Origin: Prasinococcaceae sp. CCMP 1430
Lineage: Eukaryota; Plantae; Prasinodermophyta
NCBI GenBank assembly: GCA_013416795.1
Contig: RQSC01000017.1
Location: forward strand, 145,827-166,261
Direction of reading: 5' to 3'
Length of the DNA stretch: 20,435 nucleotides
Position 1 is the first letter of the stretch; each line of letters opens with the position of its first letter. Under the pieces are notes generated by a model that saw nothing but the letters and a program-made list of their open reading frames with translations, was not told the origin of the DNA and searched no databases. Below are positions 18,588 through 20,435 of this stretch, in pieces. The translations under genes and the position numbers were made by a program.

Positions 18588-20261
18588 TCAGCACGTCTCC
18601 CCGCACGCCCCCTGGCAGTTCGTGAAGTCGTCCATGAACATGTCGATCTGGCGGGCCTCCTGCACGGAGTCGCGCGTGTCGTACCCCAGCCCCTGCGCGA
18701 TGGCGTTGGCGACGACGCCGAAGCGCTGCCGGAACTTGTACACGAAGCAGAACGAGAGCTCGCCGTGCTGCACGAGCGAGCCCACGAGGAAGAGCCCCGG
18801 CGTGATGGTGCTCTGGTCGGTGTCCGTGAGCACCGGCGCGTGCGCGTTGCACGCTTGGTCGTTGCCATACTCGAAGAGCGCGCTCGCCACGCCCAAGGAG
18901 ACGCTCCCCTCGAAGCCAGTGCACAGGATCGGCGGCTGCGGCGTGCGCAGGACGATCTCGGTGCCCTCCTCGCCCGGCTCGTCCTCGCCCTTCTCCTCTT
19001 CTGTCACCCTTCGCTTGCTCACAAAGCTCCCTTCGTCGTCCTCGGCCTCGCCCCACGTGGCGTGCACGAGGAAGCCCTTGGCACCTCCCTTGGCCTCCTC
19101 CACCTTGGTGACGCGCAGCGGCGCGAGCAGGCGCGGCGGGGTGGGCATCTCGAGCGCCTCGTTGATGCGCTGCACGGTGTACGGCGCGAGCTCGGTGGAG
19201 GGGTCGTCGGTGGTGGTGGTCCAGCAGCGCGTCGACGCGGCGACGGTGCACTTCTTGCCGCACGCCGCGAGGTTGAACGCGGCGTCCATGCCGCTCTCGT
19301 AGCCCCCGATGACGACGTAGTCGTCGCCCGACATCTCCTTCCAGCTGCGAACGCTCGAGTTGTGCCTGCAGAGCGCCTCGCCCGGGAACATCTCGTCGGC
19401 CGCGTCCGTCGGCTTGGGGTACTGGAACTCGCCGGCGGCCCAGATGACGTAGCGCGCGCGCAGCGGCTCCATGGGCTCGGCGCCCTCCTCCTCGGTCCCG
19501 GGGCGCGGCGCGACGTCCACCCAGAAGCCGCTGTTGCGCGTGCGCGAGCGCACGCCGGTGACCTCGGTTTTCGCCATGATGTTGAGGTCGCCGGCGTGGG
19601 CGAGCGCCCCGAGGTAGAAGGCGTAGTCCTCGCCCGAGGGGTGCTCCGCGCCGAGCGTGTGCGCGGGCGAGGTGCCGAACATGACCGAGTTGAGGTCGAA
19701 GGAGCCCGACCACCCCTGGTGGTTGAACGAGGGCGAGATGAAGCGCATCTCCTTGGGCCAGCGGCGGAACGTCTCGCCGGGCCTGTCGCCGCGCTCGACG
19801 AGCACCACGCGCTTCGGGTCGAGGCCGAACGTCTTGGTGAGCGTCAGCGCCACCCCGACGCCCGCGGCGCCGGCGCCCACGATGACGACGTCGTACGGCA
19901 GCTTGTGGTTGGGCTTGGGCCGCTGCTCGAACACCGAGATGTGCTCAAGCAGCTCGTCGAGGTCGGCGGCGCCCTTCTTCGCCTCGGGGTGGCCCGGCTG
20001 GAGCTTGAGCGCCAGCCGGAAGGCGCGCAGCGGCTCCTTGAACGCCGAGGGCGGCGGGTCCTCGGCCTCCTCGTCGTTCGCCTGCGCCACGAGCACCTCC
20101 AGCAGGGCGTTGCCCTTGCGCGCCGCGGCCGCCGCCAGCTCGGCCTCCTCGCCCGCCAGCGTGGCCGCCGCCGCGCGCAGATTTGTGCGCCGCGCGCGCC
20201 GATTTGGCGCCACGGTGGCGCCAACGCGCCGCGCGGCGGACGGGCCGACGTCACAACGCAT
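18588..20261 (-). CDS. FAD/NAD(P)H-dependent oxidoreductase (Pyr_redox_3/CzcO-like, flavoprotein monooxygenase-type fold) with an N-terminal TPR-like repeat and possible transit peptide; start at ATG 20261 or 20318
   Basis: Two Rossmann motifs, DVVIVGAGAAG and YVVIGGYESGMDAA. Also RFISPSF, DLNSV, EHPSGEDYA.YL, VIWAAGEFQYP, ILCTGF, PGLFLVG, CFVYKFRQRFGVVA and a Cys-rich tail NCQGACGETC*. TPR-like segment RKGNALL...AFRLALKLQPGHPEAKKG. Intronless. Confidence 0.85.
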   Translation of the reverse strand: MRCDVGPSAARRVGATVAPNRRARRTNLRAAAATLAGEEAELAAAAARKGNALLEVLVAQANDEEAEDPPPSAFKEPLRAFRLALKLQPGHPEAKKGAADLDELLEHISVFEQRPKPNHKLPYDVVIVGAGAAGVGVALTLTKTFGLDPKRVVLVERGDRPGETFRRWPKEMRFISPSFNHQGWSGSFDLNSVMFGTSPAHTLGAEHPSGEDYAFYLGALAHAGDLNIMAKTEVTGVRSRTRNSGFWVDVAPRPGTEEEGAEPMEPLRARYVIWAAGEFQYPKPTDAADEMFPGEALCRHNSSVRSWKEMSGDDYVVIGGYESGMDAAFNLAACGKKCTVAASTRCWTTTTDDPSTELAPYTVQRINEALEMPTPPRLLAPLRVTKVEEAKGGAKGFLVHATWGEAEDDEGSFVSKRRVTEEEKGEDEPGEEGTEIVLRTPQPPILCTGFEGSVSLGVASALFEYGNDQACNAHAPVLTDTDQSTITPGLFLVGSLVQHGELSFCFVYKFRQRFGVVANAIAQGLGYDTRDSVQEARQIDMFMDDFTNCQGACGETC

Positions 20262-20435
20262 CTCACACACCAACCGTACGTCAACTCTGTATGCGCATTG
20301 AACGACATCACAATGCATTTCGACAGTTCTCGAGGATCCGAAGTGACGTGCGAGAATGGAGAGGTCACGACGGATGGACGCCGACGGGCCGCGCGGCGCG
20401 TGCGCGTCGCGCGCGCGGCGACCCCGCCGCGCATC

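Overview
Very GC-rich, gene-dense eukaryotic nuclear DNA, not prokaryotic. A Toc75 gene with its poly-Gly tract, plant-type telo-boxes and GT-AG introns indicate the green lineage; a compact prasinophyte-grade alga is an inference. Left to right: Toc75 (5' partial), an AUH-like enoyl-CoA hydratase, an orphan multi-TM protein, a two-exon coiled-coil (TPH-like) protein, a signal-peptide-bearing TTL-like ATP-grasp protein fused to TSP1/Pro-rich/Cys-rich modules, a 338-nt assembly gap, serine palmitoyltransferase LCB1, a small BAF (barrier-to-autointegration factor)-like gene, a seven-exon MAK11/PAK1IP1 WD40 gene, the C-terminal ~60% of ELP3, and a TPR-like + flavoprotein oxidoreductase. Most ORFs in the supplied track are antisense shadows or microsatellite read-throughs. 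Strongest leads: (1) most MAK11 introns lack a polypyrimidine tract and are built 5'-(UG)n...(CA)n-3', so they should fold into long stems joining the splice sites; (2) a BAF-like protein in a green alga, flanked by inverted telo-box pairs and apparently using a 7-nt microexon; (3) an apparently secretory-pathway TTLL-type ligase. ELP3 lacks its 5' part and MAK11 its last exon, both breaking at (CA)n runs, so local misassembly must be excluded. All homology calls come from motif recognition, not database searches.
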